Assembly: GCA_963662665.2 (NCBI GenBank)
Contig: CAXXJS010000021.1
Coordinates: forward strand, 1 to 64,000
Direction: 5' to 3'
DNA length: 64,000 bases
Source of the DNA: Candidatus Latescibacterota bacterium
Lineage (GTDB): Bacteria; Latescibacterota; UBA2968; GCA-2709665
The position numbers and the translations under genes are program-made. The notes beneath the pieces are model-generated. The model was not told where the DNA came from. It saw nothing but the letters and a program-made list of their open reading frames with translations, and ran no database searches. Positions 10,941 through 20,700 of the stretch are shown here, in pieces. Positions within the stretch are counted from its first letter, which is position 1. Each line of letters starts with the position of its first letter.

Positions 10941-11013
10941 CTTCGGCACGCCCCCCGCGAGCTTTTGTCGCGACAGGCACGATGCCGTCATCGGGATTAC
11001 CGGGGATGGAGAT

Positions 11014-12045
11014 ATGGACGCAAGGAGCAAACGCAAGATCAGCTGGTACCGGTGTCCGCTGGACCGTGAAACGCTGAACGCTCTGAATCGTCGCAGCGAC
11101 TTCCTGGGGTTCCTGCAAACCCTGGGCCACCTCGGCGTGCTCGCGCTTACCGGTGCGTTTGCCTGGTACGCATCTGTACACCTTGCACCGCCTTTCCTGA
11201 TCCTCGGCCTGTTCCTGCACGGGACCGGCTACGCGTTCCTGTTGAACGGGTTTCATGAGTTCTGCCACGGCACTGTGTTCAGATCGAAGTGGCTGAACGT
11301 GGTGTTTCTCAAGGTATTCAGCTTCCTGGGCTGGTACAATCCCGTATTCTTCTGGACGAGCCACTCGAAGCACCACCAATACACCCTCCATCCTCCCGAC
11401 GATATGGAGGTTGTCCTGCCGGTGGAAATCACGCTGGGGAGCTTCATCAAGGCCGCGGTCGTCAATCCCTGGGGTCTGTACAACAGACTGAAGGGCGTGG
11501 TCCGGTTGAGTCTGGGCAATTTGGAGGGACCCTGGGAGCGCGTGCTGTTTCCCGAGTCGGAACCCGCGCTGCGGCGTCGCCTGTTCAACTGGGCCCGAAT
11601 CCTGCTTGCGGGGCACGCGGCGCTTGCAGGTTTGTCGCTCTATTTCGGCCTGTGGATGCTTCCGTTGCTGATCACGCTGGCTCCGTTTTACGGCGGGTGG
11701 TTGCTTTTCCTCTGCAACAACACGCAGCACGTGGGACTTCAGGACAACGTGCCCGACTTTCGGTTGAACAGCCGGACCGTCATTCTGAACCCGCTGTTCC
11801 GGTTTCTCTACTGGCATATGAACTACCACGTCGAACATCACATGTACGCCGCGGTACCCTGCTATCGTCTGGGGAAACTGCACAAGTTGATCAAGGCGGA
11901 CATGCCCCGGTGTCCCGTCGGCCTCTTCTCCTGCTGGAAGGAGATAATCGGCATTCTAAGAAAGCAGAAAGCAGACTCCGGATACCAGTTTACACCGAAA
12001 CTTCCGGCGCAGGTTAGCGTCCTGGATCGAAAGCCCGCCGATTAA
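11014..12045 (+). CDS. Membrane fatty-acid desaturase superfamily protein
   Basis: His boxes HEFCH, HSKHH, YHVEHH with hydrophobic segments. Confidence 0.88.
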   Translation: MDARSKRKISWYRCPLDRETLNALNRRSDFLGFLQTLGHLGVLALTGAFAWYASVHLAPPFLILGLFLHGTGYAFLLNGFHEFCHGTVFRSKWLNVVFLKVFSFLGWYNPVFFWTSHSKHHQYTLHPPDDMEVVLPVEITLGSFIKAAVVNPWGLYNRLKGVVRLSLGNLEGPWERVLFPESEPALRRRLFNWARILLAGHAALAGLSLYFGLWMLPLLITLAPFYGGWLLFLCNNTQHVGLQDNVPDFRLNSRTVILNPLFRFLYWHMNYHVEHHMYAAVPCYRLGKLHKLIKADMPRCPVGLFSCWKEIIGILRKQKADSGYQFTPKLPAQVSVLDRKPAD

Positions 12046-12088
12046 CCTCCAAAAAAGACACACACCCCTCCAGGGATCCACCGACACC

Positions 12089-13282
12089 GTGACCGACCGA
12101 CCAAAGATCGCCGCCGTAGTTACCGAGTACCGCAAATACTCCCACGCCCAGCACATCTGTGACCGCTTTCTCGAGGGTTACGGCTGGAACGGCAGGCACC
12201 ACCGGCCGCCGATGGACCTGGTCTCGCTGTACGTGGACCAGGAACCCGATGGCGATCTTAGCGGAGACAGGGCGGCGCGCTTCCCCGCCCTGTCCGTTTT
12301 TCCAACGGTCGCGGACGCGCTGACCCTTGGCGGGCCCGAGTTGGCCGTGGACGGCATACTGCTCGTAGGGGAGCATGGGGAATACGGCACCAATGACAAG
12401 GGTCAGCACCTCTATCCGCGCTATGAGTTGTTCAAGCAGATTGCGGCTGTTTTTCGCACCTCGGGCAGGAGCGCGCCGGTATTCAACGACAAGCATCTGT
12501 CGTGGCGCTGGGAGTGGGCGAAGGAGATGTACGATATTTCACGGGAGATGGGCTTTGCCTTCATGGCGGGCTCGTCGCTCCCGGTGACGTGGCGTACGCC
12601 GTCTATCGACATGCCGCTGGACGCCCGTGTGACGGAAGCTATGTGCATCGGTTACGGCGGGGTGGACAGCTACGATTTCCACGCTCTGGAGACGCTGCAG
12701 TGCATGGTCGAACGGCGCCGGGGCGGCGAGACGGGCGTGCGCTGGATCGACACGTACCGCGGCGAACGCTTCTGGGAGGCCCACCACAACTGTGTATGGT
12801 CCCGGGAACTTTTAGAGTCCTGCCTGTCGCGCAGCCACACGCTGGCGCAGCCGCGATCAGGGTTCAATCACGTGCTACCGACTCTGGACGAAATGAAGTC
12901 GCTGGACACGGACCCGATTGCCTACCAGTACGAACACAACGACGGCCTGAAATCCACCATGATTCTTCTCAACGGCGTGGTGCGGGATTTCAATTTTGCG
13001 GCGCATCTGCCGGAGCGGGGCGACCCCCTGTCCACGCAGATGTACCTCCCCATGCCGCCCGCGTACACGACGCTGGCCAATTTCTTCTCGCCTCAGGTCA
13101 ACAACGTGGAGCAGATGTTCCTCACGGGAAAAGCCACGTACCCCGTTGAGCGGACCCTGCTCACCACCGGACTCGTGGCTGCAGCGGTGGACAGCCTGAA
13201 CCTTGACCAGGCTCGCGTTCAGACACCGCACCTCGACGTAATTTACAAGCCCAATCCCGAATCCACCTACTGGAGAACCTGA
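12089..13282 (+). CDS. Conserved hypothetical protein, divergent Gfo/Idh/MocA-like oxidoreductase (paralog 1)
   Basis: Long ORF; shares SHAQHI, YVDQ, GEHGEY, PVFNDKHLS, AGSSLP, HALE, ERRRGGETGV with next ORF. Confidence 0.7.
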   Translation: MTDRPKIAAVVTEYRKYSHAQHICDRFLEGYGWNGRHHRPPMDLVSLYVDQEPDGDLSGDRAARFPALSVFPTVADALTLGGPELAVDGILLVGEHGEYGTNDKGQHLYPRYELFKQIAAVFRTSGRSAPVFNDKHLSWRWEWAKEMYDISREMGFAFMAGSSLPVTWRTPSIDMPLDARVTEAMCIGYGGVDSYDFHALETLQCMVERRRGGETGVRWIDTYRGERFWEAHHNCVWSRELLESCLSRSHTLAQPRSGFNHVLPTLDEMKSLDTDPIAYQYEHNDGLKSTMILLNGVVRDFNFAAHLPERGDPLSTQMYLPMPPAYTTLANFFSPQVNNVEQMFLTGKATYPVERTLLTTGLVAAAVDSLNLDQARVQTPHLDVIYKPNPESTYWRT

Positions 13283-14497
13283 GTGGCTCGTCCTGAAGAA
13301 CGGAGCGTGCCGGGCGCCGCGCCCACGCGTCTTGCCGTCATCGCCACCGTATATCGCTACCTCTCTCACGCACAGCACATCGCGGACCGGTTCGTGGTGG
13401 GGTACCCGTATGAAGGGAAATGGCGGCTGCCGAACACGCGCATTGCGTCTCTCTACGTCGACCAGAAGCCGGAGGGCGACCAGAGCGGGGACCGCGCAAG
13501 AGAGTTCGGGTTCGACGTTTTCGACACCATAGCAGGCGCGCTGCGTTGTGGCGGCGACCGGCTGGCCGTGGATGCGGTCCTTATCATCGGAGAGCACGGC
13601 GAGTACCCTAAGAACGACAGGGGGCAGATTCTCTACCCGAGATATGAGTTCTTCAGGGAATGCGTCAAGGTATTCGAACAGGACGGGGTTGCCGTGCCGG
13701 TGTTCAACGACAAGCACCTCTCCTACAGTTTCGCGAAAGCCCGTGAAATGGTAGCGGATTCCCGCCGGCTCGGCTTCCCCCTTCTGGCGGGATCGTCGCT
13801 GCCTGTCGCCTACAGACTTCCAGACGTTGAGTTGCCGCCGGAGCGCATGATTCGCGAGGCCCTGATGGTTGGGGTGGGCGGCTCCGACGCGATGGACTAC
13901 CATGCGTTGGAGGGCATGCAGTGCATGGTTGAACGCAGGCGGGGCGGGGAAACCGGAGTCAGGACCGTGCAGATGATTGAAGGCGACGCGGTCTGGCGGG
14001 CAGGTGAGGAGGGCCGCTGGTCGCGGGACCTGCTTGAGGCGGCCCTCTCGCGCAGCGACACGCCGTGCGGCCTGCCCGAAGAAGACGGGCGCACCCGGGA
14101 CCTGCTGGGAGCCGGCGAGTTGCCGGGCCTGGCGAAGAATCCCGCGGCCTACTTCATCGAGTACCGCGATGGTCTGCGTGCCACCCTGCTCATGCTCAAT
14201 GGCGCCGTGCGCGATTACTGCTTTGCCGCGCGGGTGGATGGATATAACGCACCGTTGTCCACCCAGTTTTTTCTCTCACCCACGCCCAACGTCACCTATT
14301 CGGCATGCCTGGTTCACAATATCGTGAAGATGATCGACAGCGGGAGTGCGCCTTACCCGCCTGAACGCACCCTGATCGTCTGCGGCATTCTCGAGGCCTG
14401 TCTCACCTCCAGACTGCAGGGCGGACGGCGTCTGGAGACGCCCGACATCGACGTTAAATACCTGGCGCCCGCAGAGTCGCACCACGCGCGCGCCTGA
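13283..14497 (+). CDS. Conserved hypothetical protein, divergent Gfo/Idh/MocA-like oxidoreductase (paralog 2)
   Basis: Full-length paralog of preceding ORF, starts immediately after its stop. Confidence 0.7.
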   Translation: MARPEERSVPGAAPTRLAVIATVYRYLSHAQHIADRFVVGYPYEGKWRLPNTRIASLYVDQKPEGDQSGDRAREFGFDVFDTIAGALRCGGDRLAVDAVLIIGEHGEYPKNDRGQILYPRYEFFRECVKVFEQDGVAVPVFNDKHLSYSFAKAREMVADSRRLGFPLLAGSSLPVAYRLPDVELPPERMIREALMVGVGGSDAMDYHALEGMQCMVERRRGGETGVRTVQMIEGDAVWRAGEEGRWSRDLLEAALSRSDTPCGLPEEDGRTRDLLGAGELPGLAKNPAAYFIEYRDGLRATLLMLNGAVRDYCFAARVDGYNAPLSTQFFLSPTPNVTYSACLVHNIVKMIDSGSAPYPPERTLIVCGILEACLTSRLQGGRRLETPDIDVKYLAPAESHHARA

Positions 14498-14585
14498 CGT
14501 CCTGACGCCAAGGGTCTTTTGTCCCGGGCAAGGGCAGGGCTTGCCCGATTTCCGGCATCTATATCGAACACACGGGAGGTATGCC

Positions 14586-15683
14586 ATGAAAATGCAGGCG
14601 TCGGTACTGTTAGAGCCGCTCAAGCCGCTGGTCGTGGAGGAACTGGACCTGGAAGGGCCGAAGCAGGACGAGGTGTTGGTGCGGATGGCGGCCAGCGGGG
14701 TGTGTCACAGCTGTCTGCACGTTGTAGACGGGGGCTGGAAGGGATTCCCGATGCCCATGGTACTGGGCGATGAAGGGGCGGGGGTGGTGGAGGACGTCGG
14801 GCCGGGCGTGACGCACGTAAAACCCGGCGATCACGTGATCCTGTCGTGGTCGCCCACCTGCGGACGCTGCCACTATTGTGTCACCGGTCTTTCGCACTTG
14901 TGCGAACGCGGTGTTCCGTCAAACGGTGTGCTGATGGACGGTACTTCAAGGATGAAATTAAGGGGCGAAACGGTCTATCACTATGGACCGGCGTGCAGCT
15001 TTTCTTCCTACTCGGTGATGCCCGCGTCGTGTGCGGTGCCCATTCGCGAGGATATGCCGCTGGAGGTCGCTGCGCTGATCGGGTGTTCGGTGATGACGGG
15101 TGTGGGTTCGGTAATCAACACGGCCGCGGTAACGCCCGGGGCGAGCATGGCGGTGTTCGGAACGGGCGGAATAGGGCTCAACGCGGTCCAGGGCGGCACG
15201 CTCGTGCAGGCCCACCCGATCATAGCGGTGGACATCAACCCCGGTAAGCTTGAATACGCGAAATCGTTCGGCGCCACCCATACGATCAATGCGGCAGAGG
15301 ACGATCCCGTGGAGGCGATCCGGGACCTGACGGGGCGGGGTGCCGATTACTCGTTCGTGGCGGTGGGTGAGCCGAGGGTAATCAATCAGGCATGGGACTG
15401 TCTGGCCCCCAGGGGTCAGTGCGTGCTGATCGGACTTCCACCCACCGGTTCCACCGTGACGTTCGATACCGGGAACCTCCAATCCAACGAGCGGATCATG
15501 CGGGGTTCCAAATACGGAAGCGCCAGGACGTGGGACGACTTTCCCAGGATGGTGGAGCTCTATCTGGCCGGCAAGCTCAAGATTGACGAACTGGTGACGC
15601 GGAAATACGGTGTTGATGCGGCGAACGAGGCCTTTGATGCACTCACTGCGGGGGAGGTGGCGCGGGGTCTGATCGTCTTCTGA
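14586..15683 (+). CDS. Zn-dependent alcohol dehydrogenase (MDR family)
   Basis: GGAGG RBS; structural Zn site CGRCHYC..C, GTGGIG; atypical CHSC and GDE motifs. Confidence 0.9.
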   Translation: MKMQASVLLEPLKPLVVEELDLEGPKQDEVLVRMAASGVCHSCLHVVDGGWKGFPMPMVLGDEGAGVVEDVGPGVTHVKPGDHVILSWSPTCGRCHYCVTGLSHLCERGVPSNGVLMDGTSRMKLRGETVYHYGPACSFSSYSVMPASCAVPIREDMPLEVAALIGCSVMTGVGSVINTAAVTPGASMAVFGTGGIGLNAVQGGTLVQAHPIIAVDINPGKLEYAKSFGATHTINAAEDDPVEAIRDLTGRGADYSFVAVGEPRVINQAWDCLAPRGQCVLIGLPPTGSTVTFDTGNLQSNERIMRGSKYGSARTWDDFPRMVELYLAGKLKIDELVTRKYGVDAANEAFDALTAGEVARGLIVF

Positions 15684-15750
15684 TCAGGGCGACCCGGTAT
15701 ATTTCGCGAAGCCGGCCTCCGATCGATTTTAAGGTCCTCTTTCCGCTTCG

Positions 15751-16668
15751 CTACTCGTTCGATCGGTCGTCCCGCCACGACGGAGTCGTCCACGTATTGA
15801 ACCAGTTCCATTTCCAAAGGACCCGCTTCGAGGGCAGTTCGACTTCGTATTCCACCCCCGCCGTGAAGGGCAATATACGGGTTCTGTGTCCAACGGTTTC
15901 CCGGATCCATTCGATAAACGCGCCTGCGTCCGTAACGTCGGGCGGCCAGGTCCCGTGCGGGATCGGGTCGGACGCGCGGTCGGTGCGGTAGTGAGTTGGA
16001 ATCAGGAACTCCGGCTCGATGGCGTCGATGCATTGAAGGAGTTTGTCCGTGCGGTCCTCGTCGCCCCATTCCGTCAGGCCCATCTTCATGTGGATGAGGC
16101 AGGTGACCCTTCCGCGCAGCTTCTCCAGCGCGCGGTAGGGTTCGGTAAGGTCGCCGGTATGAAGGAATGAGATGTCGAGATCCCGAACGGTGACGAGGTA
16201 TCCGCAGTTGGGCAGGTCGGGTCTCTGGTTTTCCCCGCTCTCGATAATGTCCACGTGAATGGGACCGAGGTCCAGCTCAAAGGGACCGGGAAAGCTGCGG
16301 GATTCCCCGCCGACGTGGCTCAGGTGCCGGGGGAAGACCACCTGCACGAGTTCCGGGTCCAGGTATTTGGTGATGGGCAGATCCCGGTCGAATGCGGCGT
16401 CGCCGTATTTCTCGTCCACGGGCCGGTCGGGGTCGCAGCACCCGGGGCTGACGAAGATTTTCTTGAAGCGATCGCCCCGGCAGAGACGGCGAAGCGTGCC
16501 CGGGTGGCAGTGATCGAAGTGTTCGTGACTGATGAAGATATAGTCGAAATCCGGTGAAGCGCCGGTCAGGTTGTCTCCGAACAGATAGGGGTCGAAGGCG
16601 AAGTTGATCGCGTCCGTACGGACCTCGAAACCGCCGCAGCCGGTCCATTTGAGAAAGATTGGTTTCAT
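15751..16668 (-). CDS. MBL-fold metallo-hydrolase
   Basis: DPY, SHEHFDH (HxHxDH), HTGD, IPTHY. Confidence 0.85.
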   Translation of the reverse strand: MKPIFLKWTGCGGFEVRTDAINFAFDPYLFGDNLTGASPDFDYIFISHEHFDHCHPGTLRRLCRGDRFKKIFVSPGCCDPDRPVDEKYGDAAFDRDLPITKYLDPELVQVVFPRHLSHVGGESRSFPGPFELDLGPIHVDIIESGENQRPDLPNCGYLVTVRDLDISFLHTGDLTEPYRALEKLRGRVTCLIHMKMGLTEWGDEDRTDKLLQCIDAIEPEFLIPTHYRTDRASDPIPHGTWPPDVTDAGAFIEWIRETVGHRTRILPFTAGVEYEVELPSKRVLWKWNWFNTWTTPSWRDDRSNE

Positions 16669-16888
16669 GGCAGACTCGTAGAGTGAAAGTTTGAGTCCTG
16701 ATTCGTCGAGAACAGCGGCCCCGACTCTGGCGACATTAACTCCCCATATCTCCCGGTCAACGTGTAGGGGCGTCCGGTCTCACGTGGGGCGGGGTCCTTC
16801 GTTACCTGCCTGAGAAGACGGGCAGAAACCTGCCCGGACAACATATCGATCGTGAATCGGAAAGCAAAGCGCGGAATGGGGTGCGTCT

Positions 16889-17467
16889 TTGGCACGAAGC
16901 GCTGACACGCGTGTTGAGTCGAGTCGCGGGACGGCTGCAGGCGTTCAGTCTTCGGGGGCCCAAACCGGTCTCGCGATCTCTCTCTTTGTCTATGGAACGC
17001 TGAAACACGGGCATTCGAACCACGACGGTTACTGCCGCGGTGTGCTGGCGATTGAAAAGGCGGTGGTCCGCGGTTACCTCTACATCAGGCCCGATCGGAT
17101 CCCGTTTCTGGAGGTCCCCAAACGGGACGTCCTTGCAACGGGGACTTCCGATCCCGTGGCCGACGCGGCCACACAGGAACGCCTTGCCCGTCACATCGGC
17201 CCACATCGACTGGCCGAATGTCACCCCGGTCCGCCACCGAGCGTCCCGGACGTCGTGCACGGGCAATTGCACCTATTCGACGATCCCGAGACTCGCCTGC
17301 CCGCCATCGACCGCCTGGAAGGCTTCCACCCGGGCGGTCGTAGTCTTTACCGCCGGGTGCTCGTGCCTGTCAGGTTGAACGAAATGTGCACAGTCGCCTG
17401 GACTTACGCGGTGGAGACGAAACCTCCCAATTGGCCAAGACTGGCCTCCGGCTGCTGGACGGGGTGA
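16889..17467 (+). CDS. Gamma-glutamylcyclotransferase (GGCT/AIG2-like) protein; start uncertain
   Basis: LFVYGTLK-G-SNH, IDRLEG, YRR, AWTY. Confidence 0.85.
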   Translation: MARSADTRVESSRGTAAGVQSSGAQTGLAISLFVYGTLKHGHSNHDGYCRGVLAIEKAVVRGYLYIRPDRIPFLEVPKRDVLATGTSDPVADAATQERLARHIGPHRLAECHPGPPPSVPDVVHGQLHLFDDPETRLPAIDRLEGFHPGGRSLYRRVLVPVRLNEMCTVAWTYAVETKPPNWPRLASGCWTG

Positions 17468-17474
17468 AAAAAGC
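17296..17474 (+). repeat. Direct repeat A, copy 1 (GGCT 3' end plus short tail)
   Basis: 179 bp aligns without gaps to 37118-37296; ends near-identical, middle diverged. Confidence 0.9.
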
Positions 17475-17671
17475 CCACGTGCAAGATCCACATTGTGATG
17501 GGAACGAAATCGGATACATAGCTCGGGCCGGCGGAAGTCGGCCACAGAATAATAAGTGAATCATTTGAATTTCTTGTGGAATCCCATCGTATACCGGTCC
17601 TACACCCTCTACATTTCCGAATTCTGCCTCCAGGCCCTGTACTCCCTCCTCTCGTCTGTCGAGCCAGCAAA

Positions 17672-17723
17672 TATAGCACATGTTATAATAACTGTTGACA
17701 GCCACACGACCTATGTTTATATT
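17672..17723 (+). promoter_or_regulatory. Sigma70-type promoter with upstream palindrome for the helicase operon
   Basis: TTGACA (17695-17700), 17-bp spacer, TATATT (17718-17723); imperfect palindrome TATAGCA-CA-TGTTATA at 17672-17687. Confidence 0.7.
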
Positions 17724-17757
17724 TCGGCTACCTATATAGAAAGGGTCAGGAGCCGAT

Positions 17758-20700
17758 ATGTCAACCGTTATGCCAAACGTTGTGCCAGAGGATTGCGGGT
17801 CGCGTATCAAGAGCGCGCGCGGCGTCATGGGGCTGACCCAAACGCAGTTCGCCAATCTGATCGGGGTCTCCTTTGCGTCCGTCAACCGTTGGGAAAACGG
17901 ACAGTCGCGCCCGAATAAACTGGCCTGGCAAAGGATTGTCGAACTGGAGCGGGAGGCCGCAAGTTCCCAGGATGTCGGTCAGGACGATTCAGCCGCCACG
18001 CCGGCCACCGCGCCGGTCCTTGACTTCGCTGCCGACCCAAACGCGGTTTCCGTCCTTGCGGAGGCGCATCGTCTGGCGTGGGGTCATCTCTTCAATCCCA
18101 CGTTCGCCACCGAAACGTCGTCGATAGACCCACTGCCGCATCAACGCATCGCCGTATATGAAACAATGCTCAAACAGGCTCCCCTACGATTCCTGCTGGC
18201 CGACGACGCGGGCGCCGGAAAGACAATCATGACCGGCCTGTACGTGCGCGAAATGTTGTCGCGGGGATTGGTACGTCGCGTCTTGATTGTGCCTCCCGCC
18301 GGTCTGGTGGGCAATTGGGAGAGGGAGATGCAGACGCTGTTTCGCCTCCAGTTCCGAATCGTCCACGGCGCGGACGCCCGATCAGGCAATCCTTTCGCTG
18401 GACCGGATAGCGACCTGGTCATCGTCAGTGTCGATACGCTGGCCGGAAAAGGGATGTTTGCACAACTCCGAAACCAGGATACGGACGGTTATGATCTGGT
18501 TGTTTTCGACGAAGCTCACAAGCTGTCAGCCCACAGGGAACCGGGTTATCGGGTGCGGAGGACGGACCGGTACAGACTCGCCGAAGCAATTGCTGCCGCT
18601 GAATCCGATAATTCCGCCTGGACCCTTCCCTGGTTTGCCCAGCATCTGCTACTTCTGACGGCAACGCCACATATGGGGAAGGACTATCCGTACTTCGCTC
18701 TCTGGCGCCTGCTGCTCCCGGAAACACTCACGACCCAGGACGCCTTCGACGAGTTCTCGCCTGATTCCCGATCCAAACACTTTCTCCGTCGGACGAAAGA
18801 GGAGATGGTCCATTTTGATGGATCCGCACTCTATCCACAGAGGAACTGCGATACCCTGAGCTACGTTCTTTCGCAGGGTCCGGGGAGCGAGCAGGAACTG
18901 TACGACGAGACGACGGATTACATCAGGTTTTTCTACAACAAAGCCAGACAGCTGAACCGTTCCGCCGCGCGGCTGGCGATGAGCGTGTTCCAGCGGCGAC
19001 TGGCGAGTTCCACGTACGCGTTAATGCGTTCCTTCGAGCGCCGCGAAGAGAAATTGGCCGCTTTGATCGACGCAATACGCGTTGGAAGCGTAACCGAGGA
19101 ACAGCTGGCCGGCCAACAGCGGCGGTTGGATGCTCTCGATGATGAATTCGAAACGCGGACCTTTGACGAGGACACGGGGACGGGGGAAGCGATAGAACGG
19201 GATGAGGCGTTCGAAGGGCAGGCGCTGAACGGCACCGTGGCTGTCAGCCTTAGCGAACTTGAGGATGAACGTCAAAGGGTCGAGGCGTTGCTTAACAAGT
19301 CACGCCAGAGACTTGAAACGGGCGAGGAATCGAAATTCGAAAAGCTTCGCGAGGTACTCAGAGATCCCAGTTACGCAAACGAGAAGTTCATCATCTTCAC
19401 CGAGCACCGGGACACCGCCGTCTTTCTGGTACGTCGACTTGAAGGTCTCGGATTTACAGGTCGTGTCGCGCTGATTCACGGTGGCCTGCGGTACCAGGAT
19501 CGCGAAAGGCAAGTAGAGTTCTTCCGCCGCCCGGCGACGGAAGGCGGGGCCAGCTACCTGGTAGCGACTGATGCGGCTGGCGAGGGAATCAATCTCCAAT
19601 TCTGCTGGCTGATGGTGAATTACGACATACCCTGGAATCCTGCGCGGCTCGAACAACGGATGGGCCGCATTCACCGCTATGGGCAGCAGCACGATCCAGT
19701 GGTCATTGTCAATCTCGTTGCTGGCGGGACCCGTGAAGGGCGTGTGTTGAAAACCCTTCTCGACAAGCTGGAAGCAATGCGGCGACAACTTCATTCTGAC
19801 AAGGTTTTCGACGTTGTCGGACGTCTGTTCGCAGGTGTATCCATACGGGAATATCTCGAGCAGGCGGTCACCCAGGACGCTGAAGCCGCCGCAAGTCGAC
19901 TGGAGGGTGACCTTACTGTGGAGCAGGTGGAGGCGCTCAAACAAAAAGAACGCTCGCTCTTTGGCGAAGGGGGCGACGTGCGCCGCCGGCTCGCCCGTCT
20001 CAATAAGGAGACGGAGCAGGAAACCTTCCGCAGACTCCTGCCCGGTTTTGTTCGCCGTTTTGTGGCGAAGGCCGCGACCCTGCTCAATCTGCGGGTGGAC
20101 GGCGACCTGGAAGAAACGTTCGCACTTGTTCCAGATCGCCCCCGGGCCGCCGATCCTCTGTTATCTGCACTTGAGATTTATCCCGAGGCAGCGCAGGGTC
20201 AGCTCACGGTCTATAAGCCCGCCAGCCGGGAGGAAGTCGTGTGGATGCATCCTGGAGAACCGGTCTTCGACGCTATCTCCGCATCGATCATAGGCCGGTA
20301 CGGACGCGACGGTCTCCGTGGATCGGTGTTCATCGACCCCGAAGCATCCGAACCCTATCTGTTCCACATCGCAAGAATTTCCATTGAGGAGGTCAGCGAG
20401 ACCGCCGTGGGGTCAGGCAATTTGATAGACGAAAGTGGGGGCCGGGTGTCAGCCTCGAGGCTCCTTGATTCCAGACTGATCGGGCTACGTCAATCAAGCG
20501 ATGGAAACGTCGTGGAGTCACCGGTGGAACGCCTGCTCGTTTTGCGAGAAGCAGACGGCTTCGCACCAGGACGCGTGACCCTGGCGGCGGCGGCTCGGAG
20601 TCTCCTTTCCGACGCCGAACGGTTTGCACGGGAGGACATACTCGAGTCGCTCTTACAACAATATCAACGGCGTCGTTTCGCCGCTCAGCCGGCCCGCATC

